This document shows, piece by piece, positions 9,084 to 17,674 of a stretch of DNA of 64,000 nucleotides (the first letter of the stretch is position 1; each line of letters starts with the position of its first letter). The translations under genes were made by a program, and so were the position numbers. The notes below the pieces were generated by a model. That model had not been told where the DNA came from. It ran no database searches and saw only the letters and a list, made by a program, of their open reading frames with translations. The stretch is from an uncultured Gammaproteobacteria bacterium (GTDB taxonomy: Bacteria; Patescibacteriota; Patescibacteriia; PEXW01), in assembly GCA_964486505.1 (NCBI GenBank), contig CAZAMC010000001.1:170133-234132 (forward strand), in the 5' to 3' direction.

Positions 9084-10835
9084 CTACACGTTGGAACGGA
9101 CGAAATCAACAACTTCTTCAACCCAGAATGGCCGACCATCGTACTTCAGGAATTGGTGCTGGCAGTGCTGCCCGGTGTACTCCGCAATCACGCTGCCGAG
9201 CTGCCCCGAAACATTATTCTCAATAAGAATAGTTCGCTTGGAGTGCTCAAGCGCGTGCTGCACTTCTTCGGTTGGGAATGGGAGAAGGTACAAAACCTGC
9301 AGGATGTTCGCCCGAACCCCCATAGTCGCCAGCTTCTTCACGGCCTCCCGGCAAACCAACGTGGTCGAGCCCCAGGTAACGAACGTCACGTCGGCATCGG
9401 CTTCGCCCCACCACACGACGCGTGGCGGGAGTTCGGCCATGGCACTCGCAAGCTTCCGGTCCCGCTTCTGCACCTGCAGGATGCGGTTGGCTGCCGTTTC
9501 ATCAGCAAAACCGTACTGATCATGCTCATCCGAGTTTGCAATGAACACCCCACCGGGTTGGCCGGGCACGGGCCGTGGCGTCACACCAGAGGGTGTGTCT
9601 GCATACCGGCCGTACCACTCCTTGCCCTGGTGTTCGTGCGGTGCTGCAAAGCCACCACGTTCTGGTACGACGGCTTTCGTATCGAAGAGCGGCGTGCTCC
9701 AGTGCCCTTCGGCTAAGTACTTGTCGGTGAGTATGATGACCGGCAGGTGGTACCGTTCCGCGAGGTTGAGCGATCGAGCGGCTTCGGCAAAGGCCTGCGT
9801 AGGGTCACCGGGCGCCACCACAATCCGTGGGAACTCCCCTTGCGACGCGTGCATGATGAAACGTAAATCGCCTTGCTCGGTCCATGTAGGCAAACCGGTT
9901 GCGGGTCCTGGCCGCATGGCATTGACGACTACCAACGGCGTTTCGGAAATGGCTGCCAGCCCCAAGCCCTCCACCATGAGCGAGAATCCCCCACCCGACG
10001 TGCCGCACGCAGCACGCACACCGGCGTGCCAAGCACCAATGGTATTGTTCACCGCCGCAATTTCGTCCTCGGCATGCTTTGCCACAATGCTGTACTTCGG
10101 TGCAAGGTCAGCCAGGGTCATGAGAATGGACGATGCGGGGGTCATGGGATAGGCGCTGTAAAATTTCATGCCCCCGTGTATGAAGCCCAGGGCAATGGCG
10201 CTATTCCCATCGATAACCGACCGCACGACGTTGCTCTTCGGCAAAATTTTCCACGCAAAAGCTTCGCGCTTCTGCTCACGAACAAAGTCGTAGCCCGCGC
10301 GGCAGATACGCTGGTTGAGCTCCACGACCTTATCGCCTTTTTCGATGAACGTATCGTGGAAAATGTCATCAACGAGTTTCAGCGGCGCGTCGAGCAACGC
10401 TAAGGTGGCCCCGAGCGCCACAGTATTGCGCATAAGGTCCTTGCCGCCTTCCTGGAGCGAGAGCTTCACCAACGGCACGGGGATGAGCTGGATGTCGGTG
10501 CGGCCACCGAGCAGAGCCTCGTTGATGACCAGCCGATCGGGATCGTGAATGATTGCTCCGCCTTTCGTGAGCTCAGCGACGTGCAACCGAACAGTCTCTT
10601 CGTTGAGGGCGACGAGAATTTCATTGCCCTGGTCGTGGGTGAAAATCTGCTCTTCATCAACCTGCACCACCTGGACGTTGTGCCCACCCCGGATGAGACT
10701 GGGGTACTCACTGTAGTCAACGGACCACAAACCCGCGCGCGTGGCGTACTTCGCCAACATCGCGCCCGTCACCATAATGCCATCCCCAGCAGCACCACCG
10801 ATTTTCCAGGTAAAGTGGTTGACCGTTTGTTTCAT
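9084..10835 (-). CDS. 2-oxoacid:ferredoxin oxidoreductase, fused gamma-alpha subunit
   Basis: The N-terminus GAAGDGIMVTGAMLA is a gamma-domain signature and the pyrimidine-binding alpha domain follows. The 583-aa size fits the two-subunit KorAB/OorAB-type enzyme. Confidence 0.85.
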   Translation of the reverse strand: MKQTVNHFTWKIGGAAGDGIMVTGAMLAKYATRAGLWSVDYSEYPSLIRGGHNVQVVQVDEEQIFTHDQGNEILVALNEETVRLHVAELTKGGAIIHDPDRLVINEALLGGRTDIQLIPVPLVKLSLQEGGKDLMRNTVALGATLALLDAPLKLVDDIFHDTFIEKGDKVVELNQRICRAGYDFVREQKREAFAWKILPKSNVVRSVIDGNSAIALGFIHGGMKFYSAYPMTPASSILMTLADLAPKYSIVAKHAEDEIAAVNNTIGAWHAGVRAACGTSGGGFSLMVEGLGLAAISETPLVVVNAMRPGPATGLPTWTEQGDLRFIMHASQGEFPRIVVAPGDPTQAFAEAARSLNLAERYHLPVIILTDKYLAEGHWSTPLFDTKAVVPERGGFAAPHEHQGKEWYGRYADTPSGVTPRPVPGQPGGVFIANSDEHDQYGFADETAANRILQVQKRDRKLASAMAELPPRVVWWGEADADVTFVTWGSTTLVCREAVKKLATMGVRANILQVLYLLPFPTEEVQHALEHSKRTILIENNVSGQLGSVIAEYTGQHCQHQFLKYDGRPFWVEEVVDFVRSNV

Positions 10836-10883
10836 GGGTATAGTATATCAAAAGGCAAAAGAAACACCTACAAAGGAGCTTAC

Positions 10884-11198
10884 ATGCCGAGCATTCGCAT
10901 CATTAACACGCCACGGGGCGAGGCGCCACTGTGGGTCAGAGAAGCATGGGTGGGCTTAACGCTCCCTTTGAGCATAACTGGCTACACAGAAATTGGTCGT
11001 GGGGTACTCAGCAAGCAAAAAAGTTTCGGCGGGTTTATGACCCCAACGTTCCATGCTCTTCGCATTCTAGAAACCAAGAATGCCGAGGCTGCAAAGTGGT
11101 GGCAGAATCTTCTGGTGGAAATCGATGCTGCCGACTGCCTCGTCTTCAATGATGAAGCCTGCGAGTACATCGAAGCTGACCTAAGCTCTCTCAACTGA
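10884..11198 (+). CDS. hypothetical protein (104 aa)
   Basis: An ATG preceded by an AAAGGAG RBS. It sits between the oxidoreductase and the acetyl-CoA synthetase and has no recognisable motif. Confidence 0.45.
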   Translation: MPSIRIINTPRGEAPLWVREAWVGLTLPLSITGYTEIGRGVLSKQKSFGGFMTPTFHALRILETKNAEAAKWWQNLLVEIDAADCLVFNDEACEYIEADLSSLN

Positions 11199-11214
11199 GA
11201 GAGCTTTTCTTACG

Positions 11215-11496
11215 CTAGGCTGCCGCCTGCTGAATTCTGGAGATTTCTCGCTCTACCAATTCCCCATCGTACTCACCGGCGTGGGCGCTCGTGCCTTGGT
11301 AGCTGGGCGCCTTTGCATCGAGGTGGAGGTTCACCACGAGGTTCTCGCCTTCAATGTCGGCGTACACGTGATAGCGCGGGAACTGCCCGCCACCCACACG
11401 AGCGGCAAAGCTACCATTTCGCTCAGCGTGGTACCCCAGGCGAGAAAAGAACACCCGCGCATTGCCGACCCGAGCGAGAGGCAAAATACACCTCAT
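11215..11496 (-). CDS. hypothetical protein (93 aa)
   Basis: Its start overlaps the stop of the upstream acetyl-CoA synthetase by 4 nt (ATGA-type coupling). No motif recognised. Confidence 0.4.
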   Translation of the reverse strand: MRCILPLARVGNARVFFSRLGYHAERNGSFAARVGGGQFPRYHVYADIEGENLVVNLHLDAKAPSYQGTSAHAGEYDGELVEREISRIQQAAA

Positions 11497-13547
11497 GGCT
11501 TCTTAAACGTAAGGCGAGCATCAAGAATCGTGGCATGGGTTGCGGTAACGAGCACGGGGTTACAATCCACAGACCCAACTTCCGGGTGCCGGGCAATGAA
11601 CCGGCTTACTTGGACAATGCGCTGCACCAGCGCGCCTATTGCAAAGCTCTGGCCGCGGGCCCCCCGCAGGATTTTCCAGGCTGGCGACAGCTCCAAGAAA
11701 CGCTGCGCGTCACTCGGGCTCAGCGGGGCCGTAGCATAGGTAATAGCGCGCAGAGCTTCCACGTATATTCCACCAAAACCTAGGAGCACGACCGGACCGA
11801 ACTGCGGGTCCTGCACCGCGCCCAAAAATATTTCTAGGCCATTCCCCCGTTGATCTTGCACCACAATCCGCGCACCGGGTTGGCGAAGCTCCCGGGCAAA
11901 GACTCGGGCAAAGCGTTGGTACGCAGCTTTCACCATTGCCGGCGTGTGCAGGTCTAGGGCAACCGCCCCCCGATCGGTCTTGTGCAACACGCTGGGCGCA
12001 TCGAGTTTCATGACCACTGGGTAGCGAAGTTGCGCGGCCATGCGAACTGCACGTTCAGCGCTGTTCACCGGGTATGCGGGCAGCACCGCTATCCCGCCGG
12101 TACTCAAAAACTTCTTCGCGGAGTCACCCACAGCCGTACTACCACTCGCACGCAACTTCTGGTTTGGGGTGGGCATGGGTTGAACCGTAATCCCGCTCGG
12201 TCGCGTACCAACAACCAGCACGTCTGCAGCCCGCACCGCGACATCGGGGAATGGGAAGGTTGGCAAACCCGCAAGTCTCAGCGCGCGGGTAGCAGGGGCA
12301 ATCCGCTTGCCGCCAATGAAGGATGTGAGAATTGGCTTCCGCGTTTTTCGGGACAGCGCAATAACCCCACGCGCGATTGCCAAGCTGCGGGTAGTGAGCT
12401 GGTCCGTGATAGTCGCCACGATGATATCAATGCCGGGGTCAGCGACGACGGCGCGGAGGGCGGCCAAGTACCGTTCGGGTGGCGCATCACCAATAACGTC
12501 AACAGGATTGTGCAGCGAAGCGGCGGCTGGCAAAGTGCGGCGGAGAAGCTGGTTGGTCTTTGCTGTAAAACTCCCCAGGGTCAAGCTGGAACCGGCAAGC
12601 GCGTCTGTGGCGAGTATCCCCGGCCCACCCGCATTGGTGAGAATGCACAAACGATTACCGCGCGGCCGGGGCAGCTGGTCACAGGCGGCAGCGAAGTTCA
12701 ACCAATCGGCAATCGTCTCCACCACAACACACCCGGCCTGGCGCAGCACGGCATCGGTCAGCTGACTGCTACCAGCCAGGGCGCCGGTATGGGACTGCGC
12801 TGCCCGCGCACCCTGCGCACTCCGGCCCGACCGCAGCACGATAATCGGCTTTCGACTGGCGACTCGCTGGGCTACCCGTAAGAAGTGCCGACCATCGCGG
12901 ACATCTTCTAGGTACAGCAGAATGACGCGCGTCCCCGGGTCTGCGGCCAGCGCTTCCAGCATGTCGGCCTCGGAGAGAGCCGTCTTATTGCCCAAGCTAA
13001 TAATGCTTCGAAAGCCAAGCTCGTGCGTGGCGGCCCAGTCCATTTGCGCCACCGCGATGGCGCCCGATTGCGAGAGGACGCTCACCCCACCCGTCGCCGG
13101 CATACCATCGGCAAAGGACGCATTGAGCTTCAGGTGCGGGTACACCACGCCTAAGCAATTCGGGCCCACCAAGGGCAGGTGTGCGTCTCGGGCAATGTCT
13201 CGAACCTGCTGTTCCAAAATCTTCCCTTGCTTGCCCGACTCGCCAAAGCCCGCACTTATGACAACCACGCTCCCCACCTTGGCCCGAACAGCATCCGCAA
13301 GAACCGCGGGCACGGTGGCGGCGGGGGTAACAATGACCGCTAGGTCAACTCGCTTTGGCAGCGCGCGAAGCGAGGGGTAGCACTTCTCCTTCCCAATGTG
13401 CGTGGCTTTCGGGTTCACGGGAAAAACCTTGCCCCGAAAGCCGTACCGCTGGCAGTTCTGAAAAATTCGATGACCGAGTTTTGCTCGTTCACGGGAGGCG
13501 CCAACGACGGCTATAGATCTTGGATGCAGGAGCGGTTGAACATTCAT
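11493..13547 (-). CDS. acetate--CoA ligase (ADP-forming), fused alpha/beta (NDP-forming acyl-CoA synthetase family)
   Basis: An N-terminal CoA-binding Rossmann segment (IAVVGASRERAKLGHRIF) and succinyl-CoA-synthetase-like domains are followed by a C-terminal ATP-grasp domain, in a 684-aa ORF. Confidence 0.8.
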   Translation of the reverse strand: MNVQPLLHPRSIAVVGASRERAKLGHRIFQNCQRYGFRGKVFPVNPKATHIGKEKCYPSLRALPKRVDLAVIVTPAATVPAVLADAVRAKVGSVVVISAGFGESGKQGKILEQQVRDIARDAHLPLVGPNCLGVVYPHLKLNASFADGMPATGGVSVLSQSGAIAVAQMDWAATHELGFRSIISLGNKTALSEADMLEALAADPGTRVILLYLEDVRDGRHFLRVAQRVASRKPIIVLRSGRSAQGARAAQSHTGALAGSSQLTDAVLRQAGCVVVETIADWLNFAAACDQLPRPRGNRLCILTNAGGPGILATDALAGSSLTLGSFTAKTNQLLRRTLPAAASLHNPVDVIGDAPPERYLAALRAVVADPGIDIIVATITDQLTTRSLAIARGVIALSRKTRKPILTSFIGGKRIAPATRALRLAGLPTFPFPDVAVRAADVLVVGTRPSGITVQPMPTPNQKLRASGSTAVGDSAKKFLSTGGIAVLPAYPVNSAERAVRMAAQLRYPVVMKLDAPSVLHKTDRGAVALDLHTPAMVKAAYQRFARVFARELRQPGARIVVQDQRGNGLEIFLGAVQDPQFGPVVLLGFGGIYVEALRAITYATAPLSPSDAQRFLELSPAWKILRGARGQSFAIGALVQRIVQVSRFIARHPEVGSVDCNPVLVTATHATILDARLTFKKP

Positions 13548-13556
13548 AGGTATAGT

Positions 13557-14690
13557 CTACCGCGAAGCTATGTAACGGGAAAATCGCTCACTCGGCTTTT
13601 CTATAAAACGCTGGAAAAGGATTGAACTCCCCACGAGAACAATAGTGGTTATGAGGAACGTCCACCCAACTGCAAAGTGGTAGGGCAAACTAGAGAAATG
13701 AATGATCAACCAGGATGACAGTGACGATATGAGCAGGACGTGCAGCAGAAATGAGGCATAGCCAATCCGGCCGAGTGCAAGGAGCACGGGTTTTTGAAGG
13801 GCGCTCCGCAAACCAGGGCTTAAAAGAATCGCGAGCAACGTGCAGCCCGCCCCTAAAAAGTGGGCGACGTTACTGAAGTTTGGCGTGTACAAGAGCGTCC
13901 GCACTGTACTACTGTACGTGTTCGTCATATCACCGAGCAAAGTCGGAACGCTGCCCAAAACTACCCCGACGAGCAGCAGAGCTACCCCGACGCCGTTCAT
14001 ACCTCGGAAACGGTCAGGAAGAGTGAGCAGGCGCTTACTAAAGTGCAACAGTAAAGCACCAATCCAAAATGCAGCAAAGACCGTCGTCCACGTGAGTAGT
14101 AGGCCAATGCAGTAGACGAGCACACGTACCCATGGCCATCGGATAATGGCACCAATGGTAAATGCGGCCAGGGAGCCGTACCAGATGTAGTGCATCATCC
14201 AGAGGTTAGAATTATAAGTGGATGCCTGGACCCATAACGTGTCCCACACGCCTTCACGCAATGCCATCCAGAATGAGGCGGATGCCGGCCACTGACCAAC
14301 TAACCACGGTGAACGTGTAATATGCGCTGCCAAGGTATGAGCCCCGTCACTCTGGTTCAGAAGAAGAATTGCAATACAGGATGACGCGGCGATGGGTAGC
14401 ATGAGACGTAAGTATCGGCGTGCTACCTCTGCCAATCGGATAGCCGTGCTGCCTTCATACACTTTTCGCAAGAGCACAAAGGCACTTATAGCAATGAATA
14501 CGTGAACGGCGTAGTTCCCACTCGTCAGAATGCCAACTGGACTTTGGTAGAAAAGCTTCTCCCATGGTGCATGAGCCAATGCCGCATCGCCGTACACCAT
14601 AACGGGAAAAAATGCGGCCGCGAAATGATGCAAGTACACAATGCTCGCTGCCACGCCGCGCACACCATCGAGGTACGGAAGTCTTTCCAT
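13557..14690 (-). CDS. acyltransferase family 3 (OafA-like) membrane protein
   Basis: The N-terminus LDGVRGVAASIVYLHHF followed by about 10 TM segments fits Acyl_transf_3. Confidence 0.75.
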   Translation of the reverse strand: MERLPYLDGVRGVAASIVYLHHFAAAFFPVMVYGDAALAHAPWEKLFYQSPVGILTSGNYAVHVFIAISAFVLLRKVYEGSTAIRLAEVARRYLRLMLPIAASSCIAILLLNQSDGAHTLAAHITRSPWLVGQWPASASFWMALREGVWDTLWVQASTYNSNLWMMHYIWYGSLAAFTIGAIIRWPWVRVLVYCIGLLLTWTTVFAAFWIGALLLHFSKRLLTLPDRFRGMNGVGVALLLVGVVLGSVPTLLGDMTNTYSSTVRTLLYTPNFSNVAHFLGAGCTLLAILLSPGLRSALQKPVLLALGRIGYASFLLHVLLISSLSSWLIIHFSSLPYHFAVGWTFLITTIVLVGSSILFQRFIEKPSERFSRYIASR

Positions 14691-14745
14691 GCATGCAGTA
14701 TAGCAAGGCAGGGAGAACGTGCGTTCTCCCTGCTCCAGAAGGTGC

Positions 14746-15075
14746 TCACAGCTTGCTAAACAGCTGCTCTAGGTTTGTAAGCACTTGCCAACTCTTGGCG
14801 GCGTTACTGGGCTGCACATACGCCCAGCTGCCGCCAACTTTCCGGAGTGTCACTGTGGGTGCATCCCGGTCCCCCGATGAACCCGGCTTGGATCCATGGC
14901 GCGCCGAAAGGTGGACAATGAGCCGACTTAAAACTTTGAACTCCTCCTCCGTCGGCAAGTCTGAGCCCTCCAAAAACGCGAGGAAGGGTAGGCGGGATTC
15001 GTCGGCCCCTGGCTGGATGGGCGCACGAACGAATGGGCACCCCAGCTCGCGAAGCTGCTTTTCTAGGTCACGCAC
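14746..15075 (-). CDS. hypothetical protein (109 aa)
   Basis: ORF only. Confidence 0.35.
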   Translation of the reverse strand: MRDLEKQLRELGCPFVRAPIQPGADESRLPFLAFLEGSDLPTEEEFKVLSRLIVHLSARHGSKPGSSGDRDAPTVTLRKVGGSWAYVQPSNAAKSWQVLTNLEQLFSKL

Positions 15076-15145
15076 GTATTGCCTCCTTTGGTTTGCGCAA
15101 AACCTACCGCGTTCCCCCGGCGGTCGTCAAGCCGCATCCCCGCAG

Positions 15146-15823
15146 CTAGGCGTCGTTCAAACCGTCCTTCAGCTTAATGGTCTTTTTGCACGCCGCTGCA
15201 ACTTCCAAGTTGTGCGTGACCATCAGGAAGGTTTGGCCATTCTCCCGGTTGAGCTTCTTTAAAAGCTCAATAATCTCCAAGGAGGTCTTGCTGTCCAGTT
15301 CCCCGGTGGGCTCGTCGGCCAGAATAATTGCCGGTTTATTCACGAGCGCACGAGCAATGGCTACGCGCTGCTGCTGCCCGCCCGAAAGTTCGTTTGGCTT
15401 GTGCTCCATGCGGTCGGCTAAGCCCATAAGCGTGAGTAGCTCTTCGGCACGCAGCCGGCGCTGCTTCATGGTCATCCCCCCGTACTTGCCGGCCTGCATG
15501 ACGTTCTCTTTGGCCGTCAACGTGGGAATGAGGTTGAACCCCTGGAAGATGAAGCCAAGCTTCTTGGCACGAATACCATTCGCCTCACGCTCCTTCATCT
15601 TCATGACGTCAATACCATCGAGGATGTACTCGCCACTATCCGCGCGGTCGAGCAGGCCCAGGATGTGCAGTAAGGTTGACTTCCCGCAGCCCGAGGGCCC
15701 AATGATCGCCGAAAAATCTCCGGCTTGTACGTCGATGTCTACTCCTCTCAGGGCGTGAACGGTGTTCGACTTCGTTAGCTGATATCGCTTCTGCAGGTTG
15801 TGTGCGTGAATAAGGGTTGCCAT
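15146..15823 (-). CDS. ABC transporter ATP-binding protein (MacB/LolD-like)
   Basis: Walker A GPSGCGKST, signature LSGGQQQRVAIARA and a Walker B ILADEPTG motif. Confidence 0.9.
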   Translation of the reverse strand: MATLIHAHNLQKRYQLTKSNTVHALRGVDIDVQAGDFSAIIGPSGCGKSTLLHILGLLDRADSGEYILDGIDVMKMKEREANGIRAKKLGFIFQGFNLIPTLTAKENVMQAGKYGGMTMKQRRLRAEELLTLMGLADRMEHKPNELSGGQQQRVAIARALVNKPAIILADEPTGELDSKTSLEIIELLKKLNRENGQTFLMVTHNLEVAAACKKTIKLKDGLNDA

Positions 15824-15835
15824 ACAGTGAGTAAA

Positions 15836-17125
15836 TTACAGTTCGCGAATAGCGTCCACCACTTTCATGCGTGACGCCCGGAAAGCCGGGAGAACCCCAG
15901 CAATAACCCCCAGAACGAAGGAGAAAATCACCACGCCCACCATGAAGGTGGGGCTCAGCAAAAATATTTCAGCCCCGCTTGCGGCGGTTTTATTGTTAAT
16001 CAGAAGAATTGCCGCGACACCAATTGCCAACCCAATGATGCCACCCACAATACCAATGATCCCCGCTTCGAGCGTGAAGTCCCAAGCGATGGATCGGTTC
16101 GACGCCCCGATAGCTTTCTTAATACCAATCTCCCGTTTGCGCTCCGAGATGGACATGATCATGGTGTTGATAATGGAGAAACCACCCACAATAAGCGCGA
16201 TGACAGCGCTGCCCAAAATAATGGCATTGAACACGGCCGAGGCTTTATCAATGGTCTCACCCAGTTTCGTGGGCGAGAGCACCAAGACTTCGTCCTTAAA
16301 TTGTTCCTTAATGCGGTTCGAGACCACATCGGGGTCCTGCCCATCTTGCCACGACACTGCCGCCATCTGCGTGACGTCTTCCAGTTTGAATGCCCGAGCT
16401 TGAATTATTTGGTTGCGCGTGGCCTCGGGAAGTTGGGCCAGGTCTGTTGCCGAAATCTTCGCCGCTTCATCGGCGCGATCTTTGAGTGACTTGAGGAAGG
16501 GATTGGAGGCAATGAGGAGTTCGCGCGCCATCGGAAGGGGCATAAACACGTACTGGTCGGGGCCGGTGAGGGTCTGGTCGGCAATGCCAATGACCGTAAA
16601 ATCCTTCCCTCGGATAGTCATGGTATCGTTTACGACGAGCTTATTATCAGTAGCCACGGTATACCCTACGACTACAACATTGTTTGGGTCGCCTTTTTCC
16701 AGCATACGCCCGGCCTTCATGTCCAAAGTTTGCCAATTGCGATTCCGATAAGCAGAGTTCACATCCATGCCTTCGATGGTAGCCGGTGGCCCAAACGATG
16801 CGCCACCAATGGGGTCATTGGGATCGGGTTCTTTCAAGGCAAGCTCTACCCCGGCACCAACTGCCTGCACACCCTCGACTTTGGCTATACGGTTAAGCAC
16901 ATCAAGGGGTAAGAGGGCGCCCCCCGTTCCCGTGGTAAAACTTGTACCCTTGGGCATGAGAGTAATCTGCCCCGTAACGTAGCTCTTACCACCACTGATC
17001 ATTTTGTTAAACCGTAAGGCCATGGAACCCATGACGGTGAAGGCAAAAATCCCTACGGCAATTCCCGTGATGGTGAGAATTGACCGACCTTTTCGGCGAG
17101 ACATGTTCCGAAAAATTTCGACCAT
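15836..17125 (-). CDS. ABC transporter permease, FtsX/MacB family
   Basis: An N-terminal TM, a large extracytoplasmic domain and a C-terminal FtsX-like 3-TM bundle. It lies 12 nt upstream of the ATPase gene. Confidence 0.8.
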   Translation of the reverse strand: MVEIFRNMSRRKGRSILTITGIAVGIFAFTVMGSMALRFNKMISGGKSYVTGQITLMPKGTSFTTGTGGALLPLDVLNRIAKVEGVQAVGAGVELALKEPDPNDPIGGASFGPPATIEGMDVNSAYRNRNWQTLDMKAGRMLEKGDPNNVVVVGYTVATDNKLVVNDTMTIRGKDFTVIGIADQTLTGPDQYVFMPLPMARELLIASNPFLKSLKDRADEAAKISATDLAQLPEATRNQIIQARAFKLEDVTQMAAVSWQDGQDPDVVSNRIKEQFKDEVLVLSPTKLGETIDKASAVFNAIILGSAVIALIVGGFSIINTMIMSISERKREIGIKKAIGASNRSIAWDFTLEAGIIGIVGGIIGLAIGVAAILLINNKTAASGAEIFLLSPTFMVGVVIFSFVLGVIAGVLPAFRASRMKVVDAIREL

Positions 17126-17236
17126 AGGATCATGAAAAAATTATTGGCTGCGGAGAGTTTCGCCGTTCAGTATGCGCGATTAAAGAAAAAAGTCAACTCC
17201 TACAAAATATGGAGAGTCCCCGATTGGCAGCCTAAG

Positions 17237-17440
17237 CTAATTCGAACCTTCAATGAGACGGAGCACCTCCCCGGCCATGTCGGCATGGCGCTGCTCATCA
17301 TGCATAATCCCTTCAATGAGGGCCTTATCCTGAGCGCGGCTGATGAGAGGGAGTAAGCTCTTATACAATCGGTGCGCATCGTTCTCGAGTGCGCGAAGTT
17401 CGCGGAATCGCTGCATGAGTTGTTCTCGATCTTCAGGCAT
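17237..17440 (-). CDS. small hypothetical protein (67 aa)
   Basis: An ORF starting 7 nt after the stop of the 68-aa ORF above it (TAA ACCA ATG). Predicted helical, contains MHDEQRH. Confidence 0.4.
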   Translation of the reverse strand: MPEDREQLMQRFRELRALENDAHRLYKSLLPLISRAQDKALIEGIMHDEQRHADMAGEVLRLIEGSN

Positions 17441-17444
17441 TGGT

Positions 17445-17651
17445 TTAGTACTTATCGACTATACCTTGGAGGAGCTCCTTATGACGCAGTGAATCAGCAA
17501 CCATAGTCTGGAGAATTGCTTGAATTTTCGTTTGTACACTGGCTGGCAAGGCGGTGTACCCACGCATGAGTTTAATATCCTCGGCGAGAATATGGACAAT
17601 GTCCTCTTCGAACATTATCCCGGACTTAATTTCGTCGCTTGCGTGGGTCAT
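17445..17651 (-). CDS. small hypothetical protein (68 aa)
   Basis: First of two adjacent small ORFs between the ABC exporter and the C39-like surface protein. Confidence 0.4.
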   Translation of the reverse strand: MTHASDEIKSGIMFEEDIVHILAEDIKLMRGYTALPASVQTKIQAILQTMVADSLRHKELLQGIVDKY

Positions 17652-17674
17652 AGGTGTATGGGAGGAGTGTACAC

